The position numbers were made by a program, and so were the translations under genes. A model generated the notes under the pieces. That model was not told where the DNA came from. It worked only from the letters and a program-made list of their open reading frames with translations, and ran no database searches. A DNA stretch of 64,000 nucleotides from an uncultured Gemmatimonadota bacterium (lineage in GTDB: Bacteria > Gemmatimonadota > Gemmatimonadetes > Palauibacterales > Palauibacteraceae): positions 15,507 to 79,506 of the forward strand of contig CAZSKS010000007.1 of NCBI GenBank assembly GCA_964607465.1, read 5' to 3'. Shown piece by piece: positions 1 to 9,505 of the stretch; position 1 is the stretch's first letter, and every line of letters starts with the position of its first letter.

Positions 1-1800
1 GACGGCGATCCGCTGCCCGCGGCCGTCTTCGCCTCGCCCGTGACGGGCCCGTCGGACGAGACGCTGGGCACGGTGCTCGTGATCAAGGACCTCCGGGTGC
101 GCGAGGCGGCCCGCCGCGCCGTCGAGAAGGCGGAGGAGAAGTACGCCCGGCTCTTCGAGCTGAACCCCCTGGCCATCGGCGTGGCCACCCTGGAGGGGGC
201 GGAGTTCCTGGAGGTCAACGAGAGCTTCGAGCGCTTCTTCGGCGTGCCGCGGGAGGAGGCCATCGGACGCAGCTCGGTGGACCTGGGGCTCTGGGTGGAG
301 CCCGCCGACCGGGACCGGGTCGTCCGCGGCGTCCGGGCCGGGAGGGCGGTGGACGGCCTGGAGGTCCAGATGCGGGGCGCCGGAGGGGACGTCCGCGACG
401 TGCTCTTCTTCGCCGACGCCGTCGAGCTGGAGGGGTCCCGGGCCCTGCTTGCCATGGCCTACGACCTCACCGAGCGGAAGGCGTCCGAGCGGGAGCTGGA
501 GCGCCGCGCCCTCTACGACTCCCTCACCGATCTCCCGAACCGGAGCCTCCTGAACGACCGCCTGGCGCACGCCCTGGAGCGGGCGCGCCGCCGCGAGGAC
601 GGCGTCGCCGTCCTCTTCGTGGACCTGGACCGCTTCAAGATCGTCAACGACAGCATGGGGCACCCGGCCGGGGACGAGGTGCTTCGTCAGACGGCCGGCC
701 GGCTGCAGAGCGTCGTTCGCCAGGAGGACACGGTCGCACGGATGGGCGGCGACGAGTTCGCCATCGTCGTCGAGGACGTGGGGGGAGCCGCCGACACCGA
801 GGCGGCGGCAGCGAGGATCGCCGAGGCCATGGCCCCTCCCTTCCGCGTGGACGGCGAGGAGGTGCACCTGTCGGCCAGCACGGGGATCGCGTTCTCGTCG
901 TCCGGCGAGGAGACGGCCGAGGAGCTGCTCAGGCGCTCCGACGTGGCCATGTACCGGGCCAAGGAGCTGGGCGGCACCCGACACCATCTCTTCGACCCCG
1001 CCACCGACCGGAGGGCCAGCGAGCGGCTGCAGGAGGAGAACGAGCTCCGCCGGGCCATCGATGAGGGCGAGCTCGTCCTCCACTACCAGCCCGTCGTCGG
1101 CCTCGACGACGGCCGATGGATCGGGGCGGAGGCGCTGGTGCGATGGGCCCGCCCGGGGGTGGGGCTCGTCCCCCCGGGGGAGTTCATCCCCCTGGCGGAG
1201 GACACGGGCCTCATCGTTCCGATGGGCAAGTGGGTCCTGGAGCGGGCGATCCGGGACGCCACGCGCTGGGAGCAGCATCTTCTGGAGGAAGACGAGCACT
1301 TCACGATCAGCGTGAACCTGTCCGCCCGCCAGTACCACGGAGGCGACATCGAGGACACCGTCATGGACACCCTCGCGGCCGCCGGGCTCGATCCCCGTCG
1401 CCTGCAGCTGGAGATCACCGAGAGCGTCCTGCTCGACAACCCGGAGCGGCTGGTGACGCTGCGGCCGGCGGGGGTTCGGATCGCCATCGACGACTTCGGG
1501 ACCGGGTACTCGTCGCTGCGCTATCTCCGGGAGCTGGCCGCCGACGTCGTCAAGATCGACCGCTCCTTCGTCTCCGGCCTCCAGGCCGACGAGGACCTGA
1601 GCGTGCTGGTGCGGGCGATCCTGATGATCGCCGCCCAGCTGGGCATGGAAGTGGTGGCCGAGGGCGTCGAGACCGAGGGCGAGCGTCGGCGCCTCCTCGA
1701 CCTCGGCTGCCACCGGGGGCAGGGCTACCTCTTCGCCCGGCCGATGCCCGCCGCGGAGTTCGAGGAGCGGCTGCCCGGCCGGGCGCCCGTCACCGGCTGA
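1..1800 (+). CDS. PAS-GGDEF-EAL cyclic-di-GMP turnover protein (5' end runs off the window)
   Basis: ORF 40..1800; the frame stays open back to base 1. PAS-like N-terminal part, GGDEF motif 'RMGGDEFAIV', EAL-domain motifs 'LQLEITES' and 'DDFGTGYSSL'. Confidence 0.9.
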   Translation, partial: DGDPLPAAVFASPVTGPSDETLGTVLVIKDLRVREAARRAVEKAEEKYARLFELNPLAIGVATLEGAEFLEVNESFERFFGVPREEAIGRSSVDLGLWVEPADRDRVVRGVRAGRAVDGLEVQMRGAGGDVRDVLFFADAVELEGSRALLAMAYDLTERKASERELERRALYDSLTDLPNRSLLNDRLAHALERARRREDGVAVLFVDLDRFKIVNDSMGHPAGDEVLRQTAGRLQSVVRQEDTVARMGGDEFAIVVEDVGGAADTEAAAARIAEAMAPPFRVDGEEVHLSASTGIAFSSSGEETAEELLRRSDVAMYRAKELGGTRHHLFDPATDRRASERLQEENELRRAIDEGELVLHYQPVVGLDDGRWIGAEALVRWARPGVGLVPPGEFIPLAEDTGLIVPMGKWVLERAIRDATRWEQHLLEEDEHFTISVNLSARQYHGGDIEDTVMDTLAAAGLDPRRLQLEITESVLLDNPERLVTLRPAGVRIAIDDFGTGYSSLRYLRELAADVVKIDRSFVSGLQADEDLSVLVRAILMIAAQLGMEVVAEGVETEGERRRLLDLGCHRGQGYLFARPMPAAEFEERLPGRAPVTG

Positions 1801-1935
1801 GCCCGGGCCGGCGGGCGGGCGGTGGGGGGCCACCTCGGGCGCTCACGGCCCGGAGCCGGCCGGGAGCCGACCGCCAGCCGACCGTTCGGCCCCTCGTACT
1901 CACCCGAGAGACATCACCCCCACGAAGGAGGATCC

Positions 1936-2346
1936 GTGCCCGACGTAGGAGAGACGGCCAGCCGCTCGATCACCCTCACCGACGAGCACGTGGAGGCGTT
2001 CGCCGAGCTCACCGGCGACCGCAACCCGCTCCACTTCGACGAGGACTTCGCCGCCGGCACCCGGTTCGGACGGCGCGTCGTGCAGGGGGGGCTCACCACG
2101 GGGCTGCTCCACGCCCTGGTGGCCATGGACCTGCCCGGGCCCGGCTCGGTCTTCCTGAGCCAGGAATGGGAGTTCACGGCGCCGGTCTACATCGGGGACA
2201 CGATCACGGCCACCGCCACCGTCACGAGCGTCCACGACTCCAAGCCCGTCACGGGCCTCGAGGTCCGGGTGGAGCGGGACGACGGCGAGGTCGTGCTGGA
2301 GGGCGAGGCCTGGTGCTACACCCTCCGCCCCGGGGACGACGGCTGA
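1936..2346 (+). CDS. MaoC-like (R)-specific enoyl-CoA hydratase / hotdog-fold dehydratase
   Basis: ORF 1822..2346. 'LTGDRNPLHFDEDFAAGTRFGRRVVQGGL' resembles the MaoC dehydratase signature. Start placed at GTG 1936, behind GGAGGA at 1927-1932. Confidence 0.8.
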   Translation: MPDVGETASRSITLTDEHVEAFAELTGDRNPLHFDEDFAAGTRFGRRVVQGGLTTGLLHALVAMDLPGPGSVFLSQEWEFTAPVYIGDTITATATVTSVHDSKPVTGLEVRVERDDGEVVLEGEAWCYTLRPGDDG

Positions 2347-2368
2347 CGAGGGGGCCGCCCGGATCCCG

Positions 2369-3565
2369 TCAGCGGCTCGGCGCATGGGACGTCCGGAAGG
2401 TCGCCAGCACGCCGGCGTGGTCGGAGGGCCAGAGCCCGTCCGGCGTCCGGTCCTCCGGCTCCTCGCCCAGCCGCTCGGCGTGGACCGCGCCGCGGAAGGG
2501 ACCGCCGCCGGCCGTGACGCCGTCGCGGTACAGGACGAAGTCGATGCGGTGCCAGAGCTCCGAGGTCGGGTTCCGGAGGTCGGCCGCCTGGTTGGCCGTG
2601 AAGCCGTCGCCCCGGGACCGGCCCACGAGCCAGCCGTCGACGAACCCGTGGGCTTCCATCATGGCGTAGGTGTCGGTGGAGCCGCCGTCCGGCTCGGAGT
2701 TCAGGTCGCCGGCGAGGATCACCGGCCCGTCGTGGCCGTCGACCGCGGCCAGGACCTCGGCCGCCTGGGCCAGCTGCAGCTGGTGGAGGTCCGGATGGAT
2801 CCCGTGATCGGGCAGCACGTCGGCCGGCTCCAGGTGGGTGGTGACGAACCGGTAGGTGCGGCCCTTCACCGTGGCGTCCACGGAGGCCCAGCCCTTCACG
2901 ACCTCGAGGTCGAAGCCGGCCAGCGAGATCGGGAGGTTCACGTCGAAGACGTCTCCGTCGGGGTTCGACGTCTCCAGGCCCGCCCGCGCCAGGACCACCA
3001 CCGACTCGGTGAGCCGGAGGTCCACGAAGGGAGGCGTGGGAGCCTCCGGCGTGGCCATGGGCGCCTCCACGTCGAAGGTCTCGGTGCGCGAGGCCTCCAC
3101 GTAGTCCAGCCCCCGGGCCGCCAGGGCCTCCAGCAGCAGGCCGACGAAGTCGAACACCTCCCCGGTGGCGTTGGGCACGGGGTTCCGGATCTCCCCCTCC
3201 TCGTCCAGGAAGTCGCCGGGCGACTGCACCCGCCAGCGGACGACTTCCTGCAGCCCGATCAGGTCCGGCGGCGCCGCGGCGACCTGCTTCGCCATGGCCT
3301 CCGCCCGGGCCGGGGCGTCGGTGGCCTGCACCCGGCCGAACGCCTCGGCCACGCGCAGCGGGAGCGGCGCATCGCCCTCCTCCAGGAGGACGCCCAGGTC
3401 GGTCCCGTAGTAGACGTTCCAGGTGAGCACCGAGAGATCTCCCGGGCCGGCCCGCTCGAGGCCGAGGTCGGCCTCCGGCTCGAGGGGGGAGGTCCCGGGA
3501 CCGTCGGTGCAGGCGGCCAGGACCAGCAGCAGCGGAACGGCGAGCAGGACGCGACGATCGAACAT
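2369..3565 (-). CDS. Endonuclease/exonuclease/phosphatase (EEP) family lipoprotein
   Basis: ORF 2369..3745. Start placed at ATG 3565 ('MFDRRVLLAVPLLLVLAAC' lipobox) with GGAGGA upstream. EEP-like 'LSVLTWNVYYG', 'IGLQEV' and C-terminal 'PSDHAGVLATF'. Confidence 0.8.
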   Translation of the reverse strand: MFDRRVLLAVPLLLVLAACTDGPGTSPLEPEADLGLERAGPGDLSVLTWNVYYGTDLGVLLEEGDAPLPLRVAEAFGRVQATDAPARAEAMAKQVAAAPPDLIGLQEVVRWRVQSPGDFLDEEGEIRNPVPNATGEVFDFVGLLLEALAARGLDYVEASRTETFDVEAPMATPEAPTPPFVDLRLTESVVVLARAGLETSNPDGDVFDVNLPISLAGFDLEVVKGWASVDATVKGRTYRFVTTHLEPADVLPDHGIHPDLHQLQLAQAAEVLAAVDGHDGPVILAGDLNSEPDGGSTDTYAMMEAHGFVDGWLVGRSRGDGFTANQAADLRNPTSELWHRIDFVLYRDGVTAGGGPFRGAVHAERLGEEPEDRTPDGLWPSDHAGVLATFRTSHAPSR

Positions 3566-3758
3566 GGGAATCCTCCCGGACGGGGCGCCCGTCACGGGCG
3601 CCGATGACGTGGTCGGACCGCACCCGTGCGGCCCGCTCCCGATGGCCCCCGAACCCTGCCGCGGCGGGATCAAGGACGGGTAAAGCCGGCGGGTGGGAGA
3701 AGCGCACCGGGGATGGACGCGGTCCCCGACCGGCCCGCCGGGCACGGTCGGGAAGGCG

Positions 3759-5663
3759 TCAGTCGGCGCCCGCCCTCTCCCGGATGCGTCGCCGCCGACC
3801 GGGCGTGAGCATGTCCTCGGCGATCACCTGCCGGACGATGCGCGCCACGAACGTGTAGCCCCGGGGCTCGGAGGCCAGCCAGCGGCCCCATTCCAGCTCG
3901 TCGAGCGCGGCCTCCAGCTCCGGCGCCTCCCGCCCGGTGGCCCGCAGGAGCGACGCGACCGACGCCCGGTCCCCCAGCACCGACGCGGCGGCCAGCACGT
4001 CCCGCGCGGACGGCGTCAGCTCCCGGAACCCGACCCGCACGGCGGCCACGACGCTGTCGGGGAGCTCGCCGGGCAGGGTCTCGTCCAGCGTGCGGTCCCG
4101 GGGGGGCCAGACGCCCTCCGGCTCGCCGCCGAGCTCGAGGCCCAGCCGGACCGCCTGGACGATCTCGTGGGCGAGGAGGGGGATCCCGGCGGAGTCCGCC
4201 TGCAGGCGGCGCACCAGGCGCGCCCGCTGGTCGTCGCCGTAGGCCGGCAGCGCCTGTCCGGCCAGCTCGTCGAGGGCGTCCCGGCCCAGGGGGCCGAGGC
4301 GCACGCGGCAGCCGCGGAGCGTGTGCCCCAGGCCCGCCTGCAGGTCGGACAGGGGAAGAGCCGTGCCCCGCTCCTCCACCCCGAAGGCCGCCATCACCGG
4401 CCGGTCGCCGGCGTCCCGGAGGACCTGCTCGAGGCCCTCCGCGGACCGGGCGTCCAGCCAGTGGGCGTCGTCCAGGACCAGGAGGACCGGCTGCTCCTCG
4501 GCCACGGTGGCCACCACCGCCGCCACGGATCGGGCCAGGGGGAGGGGCTCGGCGCCCCCGATCTCCCGGTCGAACCGCTCCCCCCACCCCGCCGCCCGGC
4601 GCGCCAGCCCGGCCAGGGCCCCTGGGGGCGCCGCCACGAGGCCGGGGGCGTCCAGGAGCGTGCCGGACGCCAGGGCCTGGAGGGCCGACCCCTCGTCGTC
4701 GCGGTCCCCGGGAACCGACCGCGCCGCCAGGACCACCGCGCCCTCCAGCCTCGCCCGGCTCGCCAGCTCCTCCAGGTACCGGCTCTTCCCCATGCCCGGG
4801 GGAGCCTCCACGAAGAGGGCCGCCGCCCCTTCCCCGTCCCGCGTCCGGCGCCAGACCGCCAGGCCCCTCTCCAGCTCGTCCTCCCGCCCCACCAGGGGGG
4901 CGCGACGGGCCGCCACCGTCTCGGACGCGACCTCGTCGGGCAGCTTCCAGGAGCGCTCCAGCCGGATCCGCTCGGCCAGGCGGACGGTGTCGGCCTCCGG
5001 CCGGGTCCCGAGCTCCTCCCGGAGACGATCGTCGAACGCCCGGTACAGCTCCAGCGACGCGGCCCGCTCCCCGGTCAGGGCCGTCGCCCGGAGGGCGGCC
5101 CGGACGGCCGTGTCGGAGAACGGGTCCAGCTCCATGGCCCGCGTCGCGGTCCGCAGCCCGGCCTCGGGATCCCCGGCGTCGGTCCGCTCCTCCGACCACC
5201 CGGCCAGCGCCTCGACGGAGCGGCGGCGCCAGTACATGCGCTCCGCCGTCAGCCAGTCCTCGAACCGCGAGGCGTCGGGCACGTCGAAGCCCTCGAGGAA
5301 CTCGCCCCTCACCAGCCCGGCGGCGGCACCGGCTTCGCCCGCCTCCAGCCGCTCCTCCAGGAGCTCGACGTCCAGCTCCACGCCGGAAGCGTCCAGCCGC
5401 ACGTCCCGGCCGTCGGAGGCGACCAGCGCCTCGCCCCCCCGGCGGCGGAGGACCCGGAGCGCCTCGTTGAGCGAGTGACGGGCCGCCTCCTCGGGGCTCC
5501 CGCCCCACAGCAGCCCCGCCAGGTGCGTCCTCGTCCGGGAGCGCCCCGGGGAGCGGGCCAGGTAGACCAGCAGGGCGAGGTTCTTCCGCCACAGGAGCTC
5601 CCGCGGGGCGTCTCCGCCGTCCACGTCCACCGCGGGCGGTCCGAGGCACCGGATGCGGATCAC
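3759..5663 (-). CDS. SARP/AfsR-like regulator: winged-helix + BTAD + P-loop ATPase + C-terminal repeat region
   Basis: ORF 3759..6041. Start placed at GTG 5663, which overlaps the kinase stop (GTGA). N-terminus 'IRIRCLGPPAVDV...LLVYLA' is OmpR/BTAD-like. Walker A 'EAPPGMGKSRYL'. Confidence 0.75.
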   Translation of the reverse strand: MIRIRCLGPPAVDVDGGDAPRELLWRKNLALLVYLARSPGRSRTRTHLAGLLWGGSPEEAARHSLNEALRVLRRRGGEALVASDGRDVRLDASGVELDVELLEERLEAGEAGAAAGLVRGEFLEGFDVPDASRFEDWLTAERMYWRRRSVEALAGWSEERTDAGDPEAGLRTATRAMELDPFSDTAVRAALRATALTGERAASLELYRAFDDRLREELGTRPEADTVRLAERIRLERSWKLPDEVASETVAARRAPLVGREDELERGLAVWRRTRDGEGAAALFVEAPPGMGKSRYLEELASRARLEGAVVLAARSVPGDRDDEGSALQALASGTLLDAPGLVAAPPGALAGLARRAAGWGERFDREIGGAEPLPLARSVAAVVATVAEEQPVLLVLDDAHWLDARSAEGLEQVLRDAGDRPVMAAFGVEERGTALPLSDLQAGLGHTLRGCRVRLGPLGRDALDELAGQALPAYGDDQRARLVRRLQADSAGIPLLAHEIVQAVRLGLELGGEPEGVWPPRDRTLDETLPGELPDSVVAAVRVGFRELTPSARDVLAAASVLGDRASVASLLRATGREAPELEAALDELEWGRWLASEPRGYTFVARIVRQVIAEDMLTPGRRRRIRERAGAD

Positions 5664-8563
5664 GGGGAGCACGCCTTCCGCGCCACGGACCGGGCCTCCT
5701 CCCGCACGGCGTCGAGCGTGGCGTCCGCGGCTTCCAGGTGCCGCGCCGCCTCCCCGGCGAGACGGCACGCCGTGTCCGAACGCCCGCCGGCCAGGGCGGA
5801 GGCGGCGGCCTTCACCCGGGCCTCGGTCCCCAGCGCCCAGTCCACCTCCGCCGCCTGGACGAAGCGATCGCCGAAGGCCAGCTCGACGTCCGAGTTCTCG
5901 TGCCATCGCCACGAGGTCTCCGCTCCCCGCGAATCCCCGGTGGCGGCCTGCCACTCCCCTCGCAGGAGGAGCACGGAGGCTCGCTCGAACGGTCGGGCCA
6001 GGTGACCGGCCGAATCGTACGTCAGGAGCGGGGCGGACCACGCCAGGGCTTCCTCCGCGTCACCGGCGTGGGCCCGCGCGGCCGCCTCCAGCAGCCGTGC
6101 CTGCCGCTCCCTGCCCGGAACCGACGGCGGCAGCCGGTCCACGGCCCGACGCCAGCGGGCCGCCTCCTCCGTCCGCCCCTCCCGATAGGCCAGCAGGCCC
6201 AGGGCCGACGCCGCCCGGAGCCTGCCTACCGGTCGGCCGTCCCCTTCGGCGATCCGGGCGAGGGCGTCCCGTCCGTCCTCCCGTTCCTCCGCGGAGGGGC
6301 CCGTGAGACCGAGGGCCGGCGGCATCACCCGCCACTCGGCGGCCTGCAGGCGACCTTCGGGGACCCGGGAGGCGGCCGCCGCCGAGTCGAGGAGGGCCAG
6401 CGCCTCGCCGGTCCGGCCCATGGCGTGGAGGGCCAGGCCGGACATCACCTGCCCGTTCACGGGGTGGTCGCCCGACGTCGCGGCCAGCTCCGCCAGCCGA
6501 CGACCGAACGCGAGGGCCGCCTCCGGGAGGTCGAAGTAGGGGCCGGCCAGCCGACCGTACGTGGACAGGAACTGCTTCTCCCCGCCGGGAACCGCGGCCA
6601 GCAGGTCCCCCCGCCGGGCCGCGCCCTGGTGGGAGCGGAACCGTTCGAGCCAGGCGTGCCTCCAGAGGGTGGGAAAGTGCACGTCGACCTCGTCCACCGG
6701 GGCCGACACGGCATCCAGCCGGGACAGGTCCCGGAGAGCCTGCTCCTCGAGCCCCAGGCGGATCTCGGCCTGGACGATGTGGTCCACGATGGGGCTGAAG
6801 AAGGAATCCCGGGCGGCCGCGCGCCGGAGGACCGACAGCGCGCTGTCCGGCGTCACGCCGAAGAGGGGGCCGCGGTGCAGGAGCTCGTCGCCGTACAGCA
6901 GCGCCGCGTAGGCATCGTGCGGATAGTCCGCCAGGATCGCCTCGTACAGGACGTGCTGCTCCGGCCCGTGCGGGGCCAGGCGCGCCTCGAGCAGACGCCG
7001 GTCCAGGGGACCGAGCTGATCCCCGTCCTCCCCGCCGAGCCTCCGGAGATCAGCGCCCACCGGCCTCAGCTGCCAGCGGTGCACGTCCACGAGGCGCCAC
7101 CGGGCGAGGACGAAGGTGCTGTCCATGCCCAGGGCGTCCCGGTAGGCCTCCTCCGCCCGCCGCCAGGACGAGCGCTGGAACGCCTCTTCCCCCCGGAGGA
7201 AGGAGCGGATGGCCGGGAAGGGGCGGCCGGCCAGCGCGTCGGTGCCCGCGGCAGAGAGCACGCCCGACGGGAGGCCGGTGGCCTCCAGCCTCCGGATCAG
7301 CGCCACGGCCACCGAGTCGCCCAGCGTCACCGGCGGGTCGGTCGCCGGCCCCCGGACCACCGTGGCTCCGCGGGTCCGGCCGGAGGCGTCCTCCACCTCC
7401 AGCCTCGCCTCCAGGCTGTCGCCCCTGCGCAGGAGGGTGCAGCGAACCGTGTAGCGGCTGTCGAGGGCTCGCGCCGGCGCCTCGCCCTCCCCCGGGCCCG
7501 ACGGGCCGCGCGCCTCCCACCAGGCGAAGGCGGTCTGGGCCCGGGTCACGCGCAGGTCGGGCAGCCCCAGGAGGTCGAGCGTGACCAGGCGCGCCAGGTC
7601 GACCCCCAGGAGGCTGTCGGCGGTGGGGACGGTCTCACAGGGAAGGATCACGAGGTCCGACAGGGTCCCGGATCCTCCCGCGTTCCCGGCGTCGGAAGGT
7701 CCCGCGACGAGCCAGGCCATCACCGAGCCCGCGCCCAGCAGACCCAGGACCGCCGCCGCGACGAGCCTCCTGCGGAACCGGCGGGCTCCCACGAGAGCCT
7801 CCCGGAACGTTCCCGCGTCGGCCCAGCGGTCCTCCGGCCGCCGGGCCAGCGCCCTCTCCACCGCGTCCCGGAGCCCGGCCGGCACCTCCGACAACCGCCG
7901 GTCGGCCGGGTCGTCGGCGGTGGACCACCGACGTCCCGTGAGGGCCTCGTAGAGCACCAGGCCCGCGGCGTACACGTCCGACCGCGGGCTCGCGTCCCCG
8001 CCCGCCGCCACCTCCGGGGCCAGGTAGCCGGGCGTGCCGACCGTCTCCCCCGTCCGGGTGAGGGGCTCGCCGTCCGACGGGTCGGCGGCGGCGACCCCGA
8101 AGTCTCCCAGGACCGCCCGCTCCTCGGTGACGAAGACGTTCGACGGTTTCACGTCCCGGTGGACGACCCCCTCGGCGTGGACGGCGGCCAGGGCGGCCAG
8201 GAGGTCCCGACCCAGGCGCCGGGCCGCCTCCGTGTCCAGCGGACCCGCCTCCAGGCGCTCCCTCAGGGTGGGACCCTCGGCCAGGGCCAGCACCATGTAG
8301 TGGAGCCCCGACGCCTCCCCGACGTCGTGCACGGGCAGGAGGTTGGGGTGGGAGAGCCGGGCCAGGGTCCGGGCCTCGCGGAGGAACCGCTCGGCTCCGC
8401 GGGCGGTGGCGAGCTCCGGACGCAGGACCTTGATGGCGACGGGGCGGTCCAGCCGGCGGTCGCGGCCCAGGAAGACGTGGGCCATCCCGCCCGAGGCGAG
8501 CAGGCGCTCCACGTCGTAGTGGGAGGGAAGGCCCCCGCGGAGACGGCGGAGCAGGGCGGACAT
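5660..8563 (-). CDS. Ser/Thr protein kinase with one TM segment and a large C-terminal TPR-like domain
   Basis: ORF 5660..8854. Start placed at ATG 8563 ('MSALLRRL'). Hanks kinase motifs 'GGMAHVFLG...VAIKVL', 'HRDVKPSNVF', 'DFG'. TM segment 'LVAAAVLGLLGAGSVMAWLVAG'. Confidence 0.85.
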   Translation of the reverse strand: MSALLRRLRGGLPSHYDVERLLASGGMAHVFLGRDRRLDRPVAIKVLRPELATARGAERFLREARTLARLSHPNLLPVHDVGEASGLHYMVLALAEGPTLRERLEAGPLDTEAARRLGRDLLAALAAVHAEGVVHRDVKPSNVFVTEERAVLGDFGVAAADPSDGEPLTRTGETVGTPGYLAPEVAAGGDASPRSDVYAAGLVLYEALTGRRWSTADDPADRRLSEVPAGLRDAVERALARRPEDRWADAGTFREALVGARRFRRRLVAAAVLGLLGAGSVMAWLVAGPSDAGNAGGSGTLSDLVILPCETVPTADSLLGVDLARLVTLDLLGLPDLRVTRAQTAFAWWEARGPSGPGEGEAPARALDSRYTVRCTLLRRGDSLEARLEVEDASGRTRGATVVRGPATDPPVTLGDSVAVALIRRLEATGLPSGVLSAAGTDALAGRPFPAIRSFLRGEEAFQRSSWRRAEEAYRDALGMDSTFVLARWRLVDVHRWQLRPVGADLRRLGGEDGDQLGPLDRRLLEARLAPHGPEQHVLYEAILADYPHDAYAALLYGDELLHRGPLFGVTPDSALSVLRRAAARDSFFSPIVDHIVQAEIRLGLEEQALRDLSRLDAVSAPVDEVDVHFPTLWRHAWLERFRSHQGAARRGDLLAAVPGGEKQFLSTYGRLAGPYFDLPEAALAFGRRLAELAATSGDHPVNGQVMSGLALHAMGRTGEALALLDSAAAASRVPEGRLQAAEWRVMPPALGLTGPSAEEREDGRDALARIAEGDGRPVGRLRAASALGLLAYREGRTEEAARWRRAVDRLPPSVPGRERQARLLEAAARAHAGDAEEALAWSAPLLTYDSAGHLARPFERASVLLLRGEWQAATGDSRGAETSWRWHENSDVELAFGDRFVQAAEVDWALGTEARVKAAASALAGGRSDTACRLAGEAARHLEAADATLDAVREEARSVARKACSP

Positions 8564-8801
8564 GGCCCTCCTGGTTGCGCGGGCCACGCGGGAGAGTGCA
8601 ACGAGGACCCCAGTATCTCTCCGATCATACCCGGCGGACCCGGTCCGGTCAATGGCCGCCCGGTCCGGGGGCCCCGGGTTGCCCTGCGCCGGCCACCGCC
8701 GCCACGGGGTCCGCGTCGGCGGCCTGTCCGACCTCGCTCCTCCGATGTATCTTTGATTCGTAGCCTGTCTCCCGATCCAATCTCCTTCGGAGGAACGCCT
8801 C

Positions 8802-9395
8802 ATGAGCGCACGACGCACTTCCCTGATCGCGGCCGCCACGGCGGTCGTCTGCACCGTTCCCCTCGCGGCCCAGGAGGGGGACGCCTCCGCCGAGACGGCC
8901 GCGACGATGGAGGCCTACGAGCGGGCCGGCACCCCGGGCGAGTTCCACGAGACCCTCGGCCAGCAGGTCGGCGAGTGGGACGCCGAGGTCCGCTTCTGGT
9001 CGGAGCCCGGGGGCGAGCCCACGGTCATGCAGGCCACGGCCACCATCGAGTGGGTGATGGACGGCCGCTTCATCCGCGAGACCGTCGAGAGCGAGTTCAT
9101 GGGCCAGCCCTTCCAGGGGGTGGGCTACACCGGCTACAACAACCTCACCGGGGAGTACGAGGGCACGTGGATGGACAACCACTCCACGGCGCTCTACCGC
9201 TATGCCGGGGAGCGTGACGACCGGGGACGGCTCGTCTTCGTCAGCGAGTCGGTAGATCCGCTGTCCGGCGAGAAGGTGAAGGAGCGGAGCGTCTGGGAGC
9301 TCGTCTCGGACGACGAGATGGTGGCCCGCTCCTACCGACTGGAGGACGGGGAGGAGATCCTCTCGATGGAGCTGCGCTACACCCGGCGGATGTAG
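8802..9395 (+). CDS. Secreted DUF1579-like protein
   Basis: Signal peptide 'LIAAATAVVCTVPLAAQ'. Core 'WVMDGRFIRE...FQGVGYTGYNNLTGEYEGTWMDN' resembles DUF1579 as I recall it. Confidence 0.6.
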   Translation: MSARRTSLIAAATAVVCTVPLAAQEGDASAETAATMEAYERAGTPGEFHETLGQQVGEWDAEVRFWSEPGGEPTVMQATATIEWVMDGRFIRETVESEFMGQPFQGVGYTGYNNLTGEYEGTWMDNHSTALYRYAGERDDRGRLVFVSESVDPLSGEKVKERSVWELVSDDEMVARSYRLEDGEEILSMELRYTRRM

Positions 9396-9505
9396 GGCCG
9401 GACCGGCCGCCGCCCGCGGGGGCAGCGAAGCGACGGGTCGCGGGTCCGCGGGTCAGGTGCCTCCGGGGAGCCGTCCGCGGCCGCGGCGCCTCCCGGCTCT
9501 TCCGT

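Noticed and set aside
1116-2669. A 517-aa ORF overlapping the GGDEF-EAL and MaoC genes in another frame.
   Set aside because: It is an out-of-frame read-through of two supported genes with an Arg/Gly/Pro-rich translation.
3693-9217. Very long plus-strand ORFs (3693..6005, 5738..9217) antisense to the regulator and kinase genes. Similar giants lie at 42368..46033 (-), 50887..53889 (-), 58568..62269 (+), 9662..13370 (+) and 38948..41376.
   Set aside because: Their translations are Arg/Pro/Gly/Ala-rich with no motifs. They mirror well-supported genes on the other strand. These are typical shadow ORFs of high-GC DNA.
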